From Octopus bimaculoides (Eukaryota): a stretch of DNA of 64,000 nt. The number at the start of each line of letters is the position of its first letter. Positions within the stretch are counted from its first letter, which is position 1. Shown here piece by piece: positions 38,254-51,557 of the stretch. Under the pieces are notes generated by a model. The model ran no database searches and was not told the origin of the DNA. It saw only the letters and a list, made by a program, of their open reading frames with translations. The DNA lies in assembly GCF_001194135.2 (NCBI RefSeq), contig NC_068993.1, positions 21,592,163 through 21,656,162 on the forward strand, in the 5' to 3' direction. A program made the position numbers and the translations under genes.

Positions 38254-39039
38254 TCATACACACTCTCACTCTCACACACGCATATTTCGTTCATACAGAG
38301 AGAGAGATGTAATGCAAAGGGTGAGTGAGAGTATTCTGGCAAAACTGGCACCCCAACAAATCCTGTTTGGGAACGAGGTTCATTCTGATTGAAATATTCT
38401 TGTCAAAGGATGGGGTGGGGGTGAACGAAGCGTTGGAGTGGTCATTGGTATAGCTACATGCATAGTTCTCATCCAACTCACTAAAAGCCGTTAGTTCATT
38501 TATTATATAATGTGTAATACATGGCTTCTTAATCTCTTGTTCCCTGCATTGTTGCGTCCCATAGTGACGAACCGCATCACTGAAGTTATTGTCACCATGT
38601 ACGAACAAGCTAACTTTAGGCATATACTTTTGTTTACTTTATATTTAGCTTTCGTCTTAATTCATTTACTTTTATTACAGATCTTACGTAATCTTTAAAT
38701 TTGGTTGATGACTTATGAATTAACACTGTGAACCGAATACTTGGTTTTTAGGTCAATTCGATTAGTATTATACGTGAAATTTTCTGATCTTGAGTCAATT
38801 TTGTACATTTCTAATACTTAGAGAATAAAAATATATACGTATATATTCAGCTTCATTCCTCCTGTTTCTTCCACCGACCTTATACATATTCACACTAATC
38901 ACGCACGTACACGCACGCATACAAACACACACACACACACACACACATACACACGCCAGTCGCACACACATGTCAGAATGTAAATGTATGTATGAATATA
39001 CGTGTAGATATTTAGAGTGTATATGTGAGAGAGGGAGAT

Positions 39040-39050
39040 CTGTCTGTATG

Positions 39051-39112
<62 letters not shown>

Positions 39113-39118
39113 AATATA

Positions 39119-39206
<88 letters not shown>

Positions 39207-39207
39207 C
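39040..39207. repeat. Compound (ATCT)n/(GTCT)n microsatellite
   Basis: Direct reading. Confidence 0.97.
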
Positions 39208-40254
39208 CTTCTTCTAGTGTTTTATAAGTTAGCGTTTGACATCCCTCTCTTTTCTTCGTATAAAAAATTTGAAGAGTTAACAAGATTTTAAAAGACTTCA
39301 ATAAGTAAACTACGACTATATTTTCTGATAATATATGGATTTTTATTTTCTTTAATCTTTATCAGTTCAAGAAATTAGATACGTCAACCGTCAAAATAGA
39401 TTAATTCGTTATTTACTGACAATATAGTCAATAATATATGCTTATGTGTTGAGACGCGTCTCAATGTGTGGTTTTCATTTCGTTTCAATATCGAAGCCTG
39501 TACTCATGTGCATAATCTGAAGTAAATGTGGAAACACTTAAAAATTATTGGCTCTGAAGAAAAATGAAATATAAAATATAAAACGTAGTGCCACATCGTC
39601 AGCCATGAAACATACATAAATTAGGAAATCTATACCGGATCACAGATATCTCGAGACGAAAAGAAATAAAGGAATAAAATAAAACAGTGCAATGTAAGCT
39701 GTGGCACAAGTACGAATATTTTGTTTGTAACTATATAAAATCATTTCTAAAGCAGTGAACGTATCTTCGGTGAACCTGCGCTATAGATGTCGATTAGCTT
39801 ATAAGTTTACTAGGAATCACACATCATACCTTATACTCTGGTTGTAAAATTCCCAAACCATTCGGCTGCTATCAAACGAATTTATATATGAATTTGTACT
39901 TTGTAATACAATTAATAAGACTGCTAATGTTTGCATAGTAAGATATTATTATTATGACGTGTTTCAAGTACAAAGGCAACTATGCGTTTTAGTTAATGTT
40001 TTCTTGTTTTTTAGTTAATGTGAAGAAAATGAAGAGCTGTTTCCACAAAGACTGAGACTTATCTTGGGTAAAGAGATACCTCATCAGATTGCATGTATAA
40101 GCTAAAACTTTCAGTAGTTAGTCACTCTGCACAAAAATCTATCATTGAAAAAACAGTCCCTTTGCTTTAGCATAAGTTTGAGTTCTTNNNNNNNNNNTCT
40201 TCTTCTTCTTCTTCTTCTTCTTCTTCTTCTTCTTCCCTCGTCTTCCTCCTCCTC

Positions 40255-40960
40255 ATCATCAACACTGTTATTATTATGCTAGTGCAGTTTAATTTAGTCA
40301 GCAGCTATTTTATCTTGAGGTTTGGTAACAACAAATCTCCTCAAATCTTAAGAATCTTCATGAAGAATATAGGATGATTTCAGTTTCAATCTCTTTCCAA
40401 TCTCTTTCAGTCTTCTACATAGTATTTTGGGTGCTGTGTCAAGTGCAGCAATTACTAAGGCATAAATGTTATCTTGGTCTCCCACAGTTTCCACATATCA
40501 CTGACTAGATCCTGATATTTCTCAATTTTTTCAACTTTTTCGGTGTCCACTTTACCATCAGAGGGAATTACAGAATCTATGCTCTTACACTGTTTATTTC
40601 GTCACCTATTATTATATCTAGTTTTCTTGCATCATTTACAAAGTCAGTCTTTATGAAGAAGTCCCACATGATCATGTAATTCTTATTTTGTATCACAGCC
40701 TCTGTATGCATACCATTTTGCTGTTGTTTTCAGGCCACACACTCGGCTAACATCCCGATTCACTCTTTTGCCTACACAGTCATGTCTGCGTTTGTACTCT
40801 TTCAAAAGGTGTTTTATGTTTTCGGCTTTTAGTTCGCGGTACTCCTTTAAAAAGTGGTTGATGCTTTCTTCTCCTTTACTGGGTTTCTCGAACTCTGCCT
40901 TTCTCATGTTTGTTCTAAACGCTTCTTCTCCAGGGTTGTTCTAAAGGTTTCTTCTCCAAA
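40255..40960 (-). mobile_element. Dong/R4-clade 3' fragment
   Basis: KEYKRRHDCVGKRV...VCGLKTTAKWY, IDSVIPSDGKVDTEKVEKIEKYQDL..LWETK; the 3' end abuts a short TAA/TGA/GAA tract. Confidence 0.9.
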
Positions 40961-41651
40961 TTGGGTGTTTCTTTGGAAATGCCCTACTTTTATACCCTAA
41001 TAGGGCCTCAGATCATATGTGTGTGTGTGTATTTGTGTGACAATATTCATGCGTGTGTGTGTGTGCGTGAGAACGTGAATTTTTGACTGGCGCTGTCGAC
41101 TGCGTTGTTACTGCACCTTCAGTTTTATCATCACCAGTAGCACAATACTATAGCTTCATTTTTGGTTTATAATTTCACTAACAACACACAACCCCTACAC
41201 CACTGCATTGCATTGTAAGTATTACCCTAATAATGACAACATAACAATAGCTACAAACGTGCGTGGGAGTTAAAATGCAATATGAAAAATAATTTGCATA
41301 GCGTGATCAACCTTTGCTTCTAACATCTCTGAAGAATTTTTGGAAATTAGCTTCGTTCGGAAAATTCACCTAGTCGGAAGCTGTTGTCTCTCTTCAATTA
41401 TCAATGACTTCCCTTCTGTACTGAAGAATTAATTATATTTCCTCCAGCATTTATTCTATAACCACATATCAGTTCATGCACTACTTCATAACTTAGTTTT
41501 TATATTAGAATTTCACGCAGGTTATTTTAATACTGGTAATAATATACGTGGTTTACTGCAGCAAAACAAAAAATGTGTGATGTATTTTAAAAGGGTTTGA
41601 TTCTATAGTTTCTTTATAAGTGTTTCTGTGCTTAAAATTGTACTATTCCTT

Positions 41652-42360
41652 ACGAGGGTCTTCATTGAAAGATTGTATGCAACTGGGAAATAAAAGCCAG
41701 AGGCCTTTATATAAGATAAAACACGGCAAGATATTATTATCAAATTTATGTATCAGCTCGAATTTTGATAAGCACAGAATGCCAATTTGAACAAATGTCT
41801 TTTCCTATTGCCGATGGATGTCAAGATCTCGTAACTGGAATTTAGGAGAACCTCATAGAATGTATTTATTCCTATATGTGGGTGTATGTGTCACTTTGTG
41901 TACGTTACTGTATTAGCCTCATATCTACGATATAAAAACAGGTGTCTATATTTTTATTGTGATACTTTATATTTCATAATTAGCAATTCATAAAAACAGA
42001 TCGTTCATAACATTTTCATGAACTAATAAAAGTTAGTGAGTGGGTAGCCCATCATGTAGCTGCTACTCATTTTAATCAGTTTTACCATCTGCTGATCATT
42101 CGAGAAAAGACTTGGTGCCAAATTTTCCTTAAAGATGATTAATCACAAGAGATAAAAAATAAAGGGTTCTTCATTAAGATATCCAATTGAAACAGCAATA
42201 GTTCGCTCACAATGAAAAAAAGAAAAGCCATCCTTAAACCAGGACTACATACTGAAAATGTTATGCTCTGTGTTTGGTGGGGTACGAAATGTATTATCTA
42301 TTATGACACTTTAAAACAAATCAGTTAAAGCGGCATTTTGTCATGAATTGGAAACATTGC
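41652..42360 (+). mobile_element. Decayed mariner remnant
   Basis: KPGLHTENVMLCVWWGTKCIIYYDTLKQ at 42236-42319 (consensus KPGLHPKKVMLCVWWDxKGIIYY); TIR-like tacgagggtc at about 41652, whose link to the coding piece is uncertain. Confidence 0.7.
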
Positions 42361-43162
42361 AAAAGCCAAAAGTAAGAAAACGCAAAATTAGACACAATTT
42401 GGAGAAGTTCAATAGTATTGAAATATTACACCGAATTTCCCAGCAACGTCATCGGGTAACCTGGAATTTCAAGTCATGTATTCTGACTGCCTTGTCAGTT
42501 TAATCATTCTTAACAAGGATTTATTTATAAATATTATACACATATAATTCATTTGCTGTCAAGAAAGTCTTCTTTCACAGGTTAGACATATTCGATCAAA
42601 CTAGAATATTCATTCATGGTAAGTTTGAATTGAGATTTAAAACATTCAATAAAGACGTCTTCACACATGATGGTTGTTCTATTTAAAAAGTAAACATAAA
42701 GAGACATGACATTAACAAAAGAACGAAGACCTAATAAGTAAATCTCAGAAAGAAGGCATTAATATCTTTGTAACTACTGATATAACAACTGTTAATTTTT
42801 TGGCGCCACCTTCAATCTCAACATATGTATATACAAAAAAATAAATAAAGCTAAAACAAATGCATATTTACACCGGTAAGAATTCCGCTCACAAAATCGC
42901 GTCGTCACTTTGAAAAATTCTGAAGACTCTTGTAGGAAAGAAAGGATCATTTGGTTACACTGGAAACCAAATGCAGCATAGAGCTGCAGAACAACTGACG
43001 AGGAAAATAATTAATTTCTCGCGTTTATCCGACCGAACACCAGTTCCCAAAGCTAAGACCCGCCCACCTAAAGTTAATTCAACTCACAAGGTCAATATAA
43101 AATGAAATATTGTCAAATCCGGCAACATTGTTCAATAGGCAATTCCACATTATTCAATAGGC

Positions 43163-43331
43163 AGTAGTTGTATGCAGTCAACTTAATGTGACAGTCCCCT
43201 GAAGGGAATAATACTACTGTTGGTTAGACCTAGGAAGCTGCACCGCTTCCTGTCGGCCTTGACACATTTCCTGTGTCCTTATGTTTACAAGGGGGAGACA
43301 AGTCACATTAAGTTGACAGCATACAACTACT
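43163..43331. mobile_element. 169-bp MITE-like element with about 30-bp TIRs
   Basis: agtagttgtatgcagtcaacttaatgtgac versus gtcacattaagttgacagcatacaactact (1 mismatch). Confidence 0.88.
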
Positions 43332-43618
43332 TCATCGTATCACTACTGCATAAATCTCTCTGAGAGATTTAGAAATGTATTATTTCTAAAAAATTCAGTA
43401 GGCAATTCCACATTATTCAATAGGCAAAATTTACATTTAACTGCAGCTGGAAGTCAAGTATGAGAAAGATAATAGAAGTACTCGGCACCCCGTATCACGA
43501 AATCACGCGTTGACATGTATTTATATACACAGATACTCGTATATATAATTGCAGTCATATGTGTATATAAGTATGCATGCATTTGTGAATGTGTGTCTCT
43601 GTGTATCCTATTAATGAA

Positions 43619-43744
43619 TACCTTTCCACTCTAGGCACAAGACACCGAAACTTTTGGGGAGGGGGACAGTGAATTAGATCGACCCCAGTGCGTAAATGGT
43701 ACTTAATTGATCGACTCCGAAAGGATGAGAGGTAAAGTCGACCT
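43619..43744 (-). mobile_element. SINE family B 3' half
   Basis: ctctaggcacaag...gatcgaccccagtgcgtaaatggtacttaatt.atcgactccgaaaggatga. Confidence 0.85.
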
Positions 43745-45126
43745 ATTAATGTATACTGTCACTCTTATAGAATCGATGACATAATGTTTCAGTTACAATC
43801 AAATGAATAAGCTTAACCACAATGACGTATAATTTTAACATATTTACAAGAGGGTATCATTCTTTTATGATGTCCTCCCACGTTTCTCTGAAATGCTGTG
43901 CCCCAAATTCAACCTCAGTCACTCTATTAGATGCAGTTTCTCCCATCCTATAACTCTATCTCATGAAGATTTATTTTCATGTATGCAATATGCCGGAACG
44001 TGTCTATTTCTTGACGTTAAACTTACTGAAACTGCAACCTACAACCTTTTGCTTCTAACCCTGTTATCTCTGCGGTGTCACTTACATCATTAACCAAATC
44101 GGTTGATTTATTACCCGTTACCTGTCTTATTTATGTAAAATAGACAATTCATAGGTAATATGAAGGCAATAGTTGTAGGTAAAAGTGAAGAAAACGCTAA
44201 CGTTTCAGGAATAAATTTCGTTTTCTTCTATTTTTATAATTACCTCAACAGCGACACTTCAGAACGTTGAAAATGGCAATTCCTTTGCAATTATTAGTAA
44301 GAAAGCAATAATGCTGCGCCTTATAACAAACTAATATTCGAAGATATTTGATGTAGGGCATATGGAGTTAAGTATCCTACCGGTAACCTCCATAAGGCTC
44401 TATATACCTGGATCATATATTTTAAGATGCCTTTATTGCACTAATCCTTTTAGCGATAGAAAATATATTTTAGCCTTAATCAATTTCTGTGCATCGCATA
44501 AATGCTAGATAATTTAGCCATCACACACAAATATTCTACACATATTTAAAGTCTAAGACATCTGGTAGATTGACAAAACTTCGCGTAACAATATGCTACA
44601 AATATTTCCGCTGAAATATGCTTCTTCAATCAAATAATAAAACGGCTACCATTCTTCTGATGTAGCTAATTGCGTACAACTGCCGAATTCAGCTTTTGAT
44701 ACATTTGTTTCTCTTCTGCTTAGCATCTCTTCTAGTTAAGATAGCCTGCATAAAATATTTCCTAAATCATTCTTCTACATATATGAAACCACTCAGATTA
44801 TTTTTCTTTCTCAATTCGTCATACAGTCGTCGACCTAAAGAACGTTCACAGTGAACACTTATAACTCCTAAGTCAAGGGGCAGCAAAAAGTAATATTTTT
44901 ATAACAAATGCTTTATATTTGTGTGTAATATTTCATAGGTAATTTATAGAAAATATATTCTTATACAATACAATGCTTTCTTAGCTGTTTAGTCATACAT
45001 GTATTGCATATAATAGTGAGTTCTGACAATAACAATGTTGTTGATATTAAAACACATCGTCGTCATTGCTATTACAGCTGCAGCGGTTACTACTACATCT
45101 ATTCCTCCTCCTCTTCTTCTTCTTCT

Positions 45127-45127
<1 letters not shown>

Positions 45128-45197
<70 letters not shown>

Positions 45198-45198
45198 T
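45128..45198. repeat. (CTA)n(ATA)n microsatellite adjoining a SINE
   Basis: Direct reading. Confidence 0.95.
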
Positions 45199-45395
45199 TT
45201 TCTGCTATAGGCGCAAGGCTTGGGATTTGTGGGGAGGGGGACAGTCGATCACATCGACCCCAATACTCAACTTAATTTATCGACCCCGAAAGGATGAAAG
45301 GCAAAGGCAACCTCAGCGGAATTTGAACTGAGAACGTATCGGCAGACGAAATACCGCTAAGCCTATTACTCAGTGTGCCCACGATTCGACCAAAT
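45199..45395 (-). mobile_element. SINE family B
   Basis: ttatcgaccccgaaaggatgaaaggcaaag...gcggaatttgaactgagaacgt...aaataccgctaag. Confidence 0.9.
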
Positions 45396-46149
45396 AATAA
45401 TGATAATAACAGTCCCAATGTAAATGATATAATATAAAACATGGAATGGATAGAAAATCTGAAAAGAGGCCTCATAGATTACCTTTCTATGATTAATGGA
45501 TTGCCTGTGTTCTTTTGGAAGTTAGAAGACCAAAACAATCCGTTTGTGAAAAAGGTTTGGTAGAATTGCCTTTCATAGGATTGGAGATTGGGATCTAAGT
45601 ATGTGGTAATTCATATGAAAATGACACGAGGCATGCAGTGGTATTTGTCAACCAGCTTGTGAGGGATTTAGTATTTCTGAAGTTTTAGACAAAATAATAT
45701 ATACAAGCGTATCATATACATATCTAAAAAGGTTTAAAATGCCCGTGAAAAACACGCTATATTCCAGAAATTTGATAAGTGCCATTAATATCTATTAGTA
45801 GAAATACCGCTCTCCTGGTGGTTTTCTGTTTGCCACTTGATAATATTTTCACATTTGATTTCGATGTCTAATAATTTTTATATTTTACGTATAATTAGTT
45901 CGTTGTATAATCGTGCTCACATACTTAGCAAATATTGCTTTCATTATTTTATCACACTCATAATCTCTCCTTTTTAAACAAACATCATGGTAGTCCAACA
46001 ACAGAGGGGGGAAGCAGTTTGTCAAGATTTACGTTCCCCTCAAAGCAGCATAGAATTTTCAATTCAGTAAGCTTTCAGTATGTGTGTGTTGTTATTGAAT
46101 GCAGATCATTAAATCTGTGTCTGACTGGAAGTAAATACCTCCGCTTGCA

Positions 46150-46445
46150 GTATATTCTAGCATATTGCAGAAAGCATCAACTTGGTTAATGAAAGCATTG
46201 AAAAAACAAAAACCTGAAGAACTAGAATCATAGAGGAAAGAGAACTAAGTATAGAAGTTTGACGCTGTGATATGTTGAAAGAGAAACGCATAATATAAAA
46301 AACTAAGTAGTTCTGAACTTGGTTGGAAAATGGAACTCAGAACCTAATATCTGCAACTCAAAACGAAGCCATTAATTCAAGCTCTTTGAGAGAGCATATA
46401 CACAGCCATACAGAATTGTAAAAATTAGGTTATGTGATGAGGAGT
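46150..46445 (+). mobile_element. Dong/R4-clade internal fragment, highly decayed
   Basis: LISATQNEAIN (consensus LIxAAQxQAIxT) followed by IRLCDE (CRLCxE). Confidence 0.55.
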
Positions 46446-47371
46446 AGAGAACGGGAGTGGAAACCGGACAAATGGGAATATCACGCAGTCCGAAGAGCCG
46501 CAGTGTGTGAGCTGAGTATTAAAAAAGACCAAATTTTCTCTCGTGAGAGGAACCCGAGAAGCAAATAATGTATTCTACTGCGACACTGAGATGTTTTTCT
46601 AATATGCATCTTTTTTTTTTGCAATGTTTAAAAACTATTTGCCACTTTTCTGCATATTTAAAGGTTTATGTTTTCCAGACCTCTGCTTTGGAAGCTCACT
46701 AGCCCATTGTAATAAAAAACTCAAATATTTATCAAAAAACTCAAATATTTATGATCAATATTTATTTCTTGTCTCACCTACTATGCATGTTAAACAGACT
46801 TGACAAATATGCAATTCTGTCACGAGCCATTGCAGTTCTAAAGAGCAATTTCGCACCGTTGTAGATTCTATTTCAAAACCAACTGTATTTCCATCACTTA
46901 TAGCAGGCAATGAGAGCTTAAGGCTTCAGGCCCTAATCCCTCTAGGACCTCACCCCAAACACACACATACAAAGTAGCTAAAAGTGCCCAGCGTAGAAAA
47001 GAAACGGTAACATCAACTACATTAGTACTACCAACAGCAGTAATATCAATGCAAGTAATAAAATAAAATACAAAATTAACATTAACCATAAATGCAACAA
47101 CACCATCCATATAAACCATATAAAACGCCATTCGCAACAAAAAGGAGATTGAAAATATAGTAAGACAAAATAACAAATAGTATATAAACAGCTACAACAA
47201 ATCTAACATAACAAACTCCACCCCCAGCAATTCAACTAGCATAATGGCGAAGAAATCGACCTCATTAACTAATGCAAGAACCATCCAGTCTCATCATTCA
47301 TTTAAGTACCAAAATGACATCATAGAAAGTATATGGCTGATACCTGGTGTCAATATACTGTCGAAGAAATC

Positions 47372-47570
47372 AGACAGTTAGTTGGCAGAACGTTTAGCCC
47401 ACCAGGAAAAATGTTTAGCAGCATTTCTTCTGTGTCTGCGTTCTGAATTAAAATTCTGCAGAGATCAATTTTGCCTTTCTTTTGGGGTCGATGAAATCAG
47501 CACCAGTTGAGCACTGGAGTCGATGAAATGGACTTGAACGTCCTCCATAATTGCTGCCAAACTTTGACAC
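47372..47570 (+). mobile_element. SINE family B, diverged
   Basis: ttggcagaacgtttagc...gttctgaattaaaattc...ttttgcctttc..ttggggtcgatgaaat. Confidence 0.8.
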
Positions 47571-49834
47571 CAAAGTATTGTTGGGTATAGAAAGACAGTT
47601 TCAACATGCAAAAATTCAATTAAAACTTGCACCTCTACACATAAGGGATGTTACCAAAGCACTTGGAAGGCTGATTTTTAAAAGTAACATTCTTCAAGAT
47701 AACACACTTATTTATGACGTAGGACGAAGATTATGGAATGTCATATAACTGATACACATCCACAAGAAAGCTGGACACGTGTATCAATGCCGATCGAAGT
47801 GTTAATTGCACCTAAAGATAGTAATTTATTTGAAATACTCTACTTTAAGGAGATCAACAAATGCGGGTACACTCGTGAGCAAGAAGGCCATAGTTTATGC
47901 ATGTGAGAGAAAGACCACGCTAGAAGTTTCTGTACCTCGGAGAGAAAAATGTATTTGAACAGCAAAATAACTCTGCCTTCAGATTCTCAAAACCCTGACA
48001 TATTAATAGTAATAGGTACAATAGTAATATCCTGATGGTAGAATGTCGGGCATAGACTCATATCCGACAACGGCTTAAATCTACTACAAAAACGAAGAAG
48101 CAGTTCATCACACAAGCTTCCATAGAGTTCCTATATAATAATTTTCACTCAACCAGTTTGCGTCTAGTCGAAACTATGGAAGAAGACTCACACCTAAATT
48201 TAAGTGGAGCAATCTGAAGACATAGAATAGTTCATAGCGTGAGGCCGTGTCTAAGTCCAAAGTGAGAAGGGAAACGTGGTCAAAGCAGTGTAAAGAAAAA
48301 CGCCGTTTCCATAGTAAAGAAAGGGAATATACGATTATTTTTCTCAATCATCCATTAACTTAAATGCAAAATAAACAAAACAAAATCGGAATGTGTGCGT
48401 GTGTTTGTGCGCGCCCCTGAGCGCACGTTTTTGTGTGTATGAGGGCATGTGTGCAGACAAGAAGCGATGTAGAGTCGGAGTCAGCGGATTCTGTTGTAGT
48501 CACACCTGTATCTCTCAGGATAGCACATTTTCTATATAAATCTTGTGAGTGAACAACTGTAGTAGAATGACAATGTGCCACTCGGAGCATTCATTTCCTT
48601 TTGCGTATCTCGAACATATTTTGTTCTTGGAAACATCAACATATTCTTGGAATTCTCTTGAATAGGTAACGACATTCCTTTATCGTGCAGCTCCAGCAGA
48701 TAAAGTCATCGTCTCTCATATCTTCCACTAACTTTAGAATGTGTACGCTATTTTAAAAAAATGACGAAGTGGAGGGGAAGGTGACGAGAAAAAATAAATA
48801 AATTGATGATCATGATGATGATAGTGGTGCTGGTGCTGCTGATGGTGCTGCTGATGGTAGATGTAGTATTCATACCGATAGTGGTCGTGGTCGTGGATGG
48901 GCTGATGCTTGAGGTAGTGGCATAAAGCAATTCCATTGGGTTGTTCAAATGGCAGATCAATTTTGTCTCGTGAACAGATAAATCAATCTTCCTGTGGCTT
49001 CTATCTGCATTATATCTCCCGGGCTATATACTAAGTTTAAGCTGTCTTAGAATATCCTGATGAGCTCAAACAAAGATGAAGTGAAAGATCAATAAAGAAT
49101 TTGATATCGAAATAATGTGACAACGGAATGTGTTAAATGTGTTTTTGAGAATTTCATGCTTTTCTCAGTTCTAATTATGCGATTTATATAAAACCAGAAA
49201 TAATTTACACCTTGCTTGAAGATACGATGGAACCAGATTCGAGTCACCCCTCTACATATATATATACATATATATATGAATAGATGACTGCATATGTATA
49301 TTTTAATTTTTTAACAAAGTCAAAAGTTATAAGGAATAATACGGATTGATGGTGTGGGGCTTTTGCCTTGTAATGCAATATTTTAAGGTTAGGACCTCGT
49401 CATAAGAGGAATTGTGAAGTGTTTATAGAACACAGAAATCAGCTCACAACACCATTTCCTGAAAAGTTTTAAAATAAAATGTAAAAGTACTAACCATTGA
49501 CCTGTTCTATCTCTTGAAATTTGCATTGCTATGGGGTTATAAAAAATTCACTTATATCTATCAGACAACACTTCAGGAAAACTATAAAACAATTTTTATT
49601 TATGGATATGTGTGTTTGTTTGTGTGTTTGTGTGTGTGTGCGTTCGTGTGCGTGTGTGTGTATGTGTGTGTGTTGCAAAGAACTGATATCTGGTGAGATT
49701 TTTAATAAACGAACTATTTTATTACCGTACACATAGAAAAATGTTGTTACTACAAAAGACAAAACATTGAGAGAGTTTGAATAACATTGTTCTTAGTGTG
49801 TGCTTGTAGCACCAGTCAAAATATCACTTTCATA

Positions 49835-50035
49835 TTTTGTCACAAGGCCAGAAGTTTTGAGGGAGGGGCTAAATCGACCCCGATGTTCAAGTCGTATTTA
49901 TTTTATCGACGGCAAAAGGATCAAAGGAAAAGTCAACCTCGGCGGAATTTGATCTCTGAATTTTGAGACAGAAGAAATACCGCTAAGCATCATGCCCGGC
50001 GTACTAACGATTCTACCAGCTCACTGCTCTTCCAT
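49835..50035 (-). mobile_element. SINE family B
   Basis: gtcaacctcggcggaatttga...aaataccgctaagcat..gcccggcgtactaacgattctaccagctc. Confidence 0.88.
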
Positions 50036-50244
50036 CAGTCAAAATATTATCTGATACATGTTTTGTTGTATGTAATTAGCTGTTCAATGTAATTAGATGC
50101 TTGTCGTGCAACTAGCTTCTATTGTCTCTCGTTCGCTGTCTGTTCGCTGCTTTTGTGCTGGAAGGACATTAGATCCTTTGTTGATGTATAGTTAAAATTA
50201 TATATTATTCGGCTACCCGTGACCCGTTGAGTGACTAATAGTCC

Positions 50245-50468
50245 AAGGTATCCGAAAAAAAAACACGTATCTCGGGAATCCGTGATCCGAGTTACGCCAA
50301 ACTTGTGTTATTCAGTTTGTATTTACATTTCAATGGTTCCTTACTTTCAAAGCATTTTTCGCATTTTACACCGGTTCGGCTATTTATAAAGGTACCCGAA
50401 AAAACTGCGTATCTTCGTATCCCGTGGTCCGATTTACGCGAAACCTGTTTTATTCCGTTTGTATTCGC
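50245..50468. repeat. Direct repeat with about 144-bp period (2 copies; third copy at 51680-51790)
   Basis: aaggta.ccgaaaaaa...gtatct...atcc.tg.tccga.ttacgc.aaac.tg..ttatt..gtttgtatt at 50245 and 50389. Confidence 0.85.
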
Positions 50469-50586
50469 ATGAGCATCCGATTCTAGACGCCTCCTGCTTT
50501 TGTCTCCTTCCCCCTGTTTCACCAGACGCTCAGCCCTTGCTTTATCAGTTTCATCAATCCTTCTATTTGCATGCATGTGCCGATCT

Positions 50587-51218
50587 TGGGTAAATAGTTC
50601 GTACTTGTCGTGTGAAATAATTTTTCCCCCAGGTTTTTCGAGTGCATTCACCTTATCTCATCCCCAAACCTGCTGCAAGCCACTTTCTTCCGGAAAATAA
50701 ATGAGTGGAGGGGTGGTGAGCTTTCCAGAAAACACCGAGTTTCCCACCAACGGAGTTCGTTTCGCGTTTCTTTTTCTTTTCAAGGTTATTTCGCATACTT
50801 TCAACGAATGACATTGAAATCATGCGTAAACGGCTCCTGTCCCCAGAAAAAGAAAGATTTGACTGCTAGTTGTAGCACGCCCTACTACAATGTAACAGCT
50901 ATTTCGGGTCCTTTATCGCAAATATCTGTTACGTGGTTGCAGGGTGTGCTAAAAATAGAGCCAAATCTTTCTTTTTCTGGGGAAAGGAGACATTTACGGT
51001 TGATTTCGATGTCACATTTGTTGAAAGCATGAAAAATAACCTGGAAACGAAAACAAAATCCGTTCATGGAAAACACTGAGCCCCTCGCTCCTTTTTTCCG
51101 GAAAAAGTCGCTTGTGGCGGGTTTGGGGGTCTGGTAAGTTGAATGCACTCGAAAAACCTGTGGAAAAGAATTATTTCACACCGAGGTACGAACGGCTCCT
51201 TTACAAAATATTTACCCA
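50587..51218. repeat. 632-bp imperfect palindrome (foldback) with a loop of about 19 nt
   Basis: Matching blocks on both arms: tgggtaaata/tatttaccca, caggtttttcgagtgcattca/tgaatgcactcgaaaaacctg, ccccagaaaaagaaagatttg/caaatctttctttttctgggg, gtaacag.tat/atatctgttac; centre about 50912. Confidence 0.92.
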
Positions 51219-51231
51219 CTTTTTAATAATT

Positions 51232-51557
51232 AAAATATTGTCTGTTTAAAGAAAGCTAAAATACAAATTCTTACTGTACAAACAATTTGTATTTTTTTAG
51301 TCATTTTCACTTAAAAATATATTTTTAACTATGCCAACAAAACTTTTTGTAATGATATTCATTTGAAAATATGTAATTTAAAAAATTGAAATATTGTCTG
51401 TTAAAAGAAAGCCAAAATATAAATACTTACTGTAAGAAAAACTTGTATTTTTGAAATCCCATTCACTTACATATATTTCTATATGATTAAAATATTGTCT
51501 TTAACAAAAGCGAAAATTGAAACATTTACTGTAAAAACAATTACTTTTTCCATGGCA
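51232..51557. repeat. AT-rich unit of about 95 bp, three diverged copies
   Basis: aaatattgtct.tt.aa.gaaagc.aaaat..aaa..cttactgta at 51232, 51389 and 51489. Confidence 0.8.

Noticed and set aside
41371-44120. Other micro-exon candidates (e.g. TEGKSLIIEERQQLPT at about 41371-41421, VTGNKSTDLVND at about 44085-44120)
   Set aside because: The splice contexts are weak, there is no homology, and such short open segments are expected by chance.
50292-50651. 119-aa ORF as a transposase fragment
   Set aside because: No recognisable motif; it overlaps the direct repeats and the palindrome arm.
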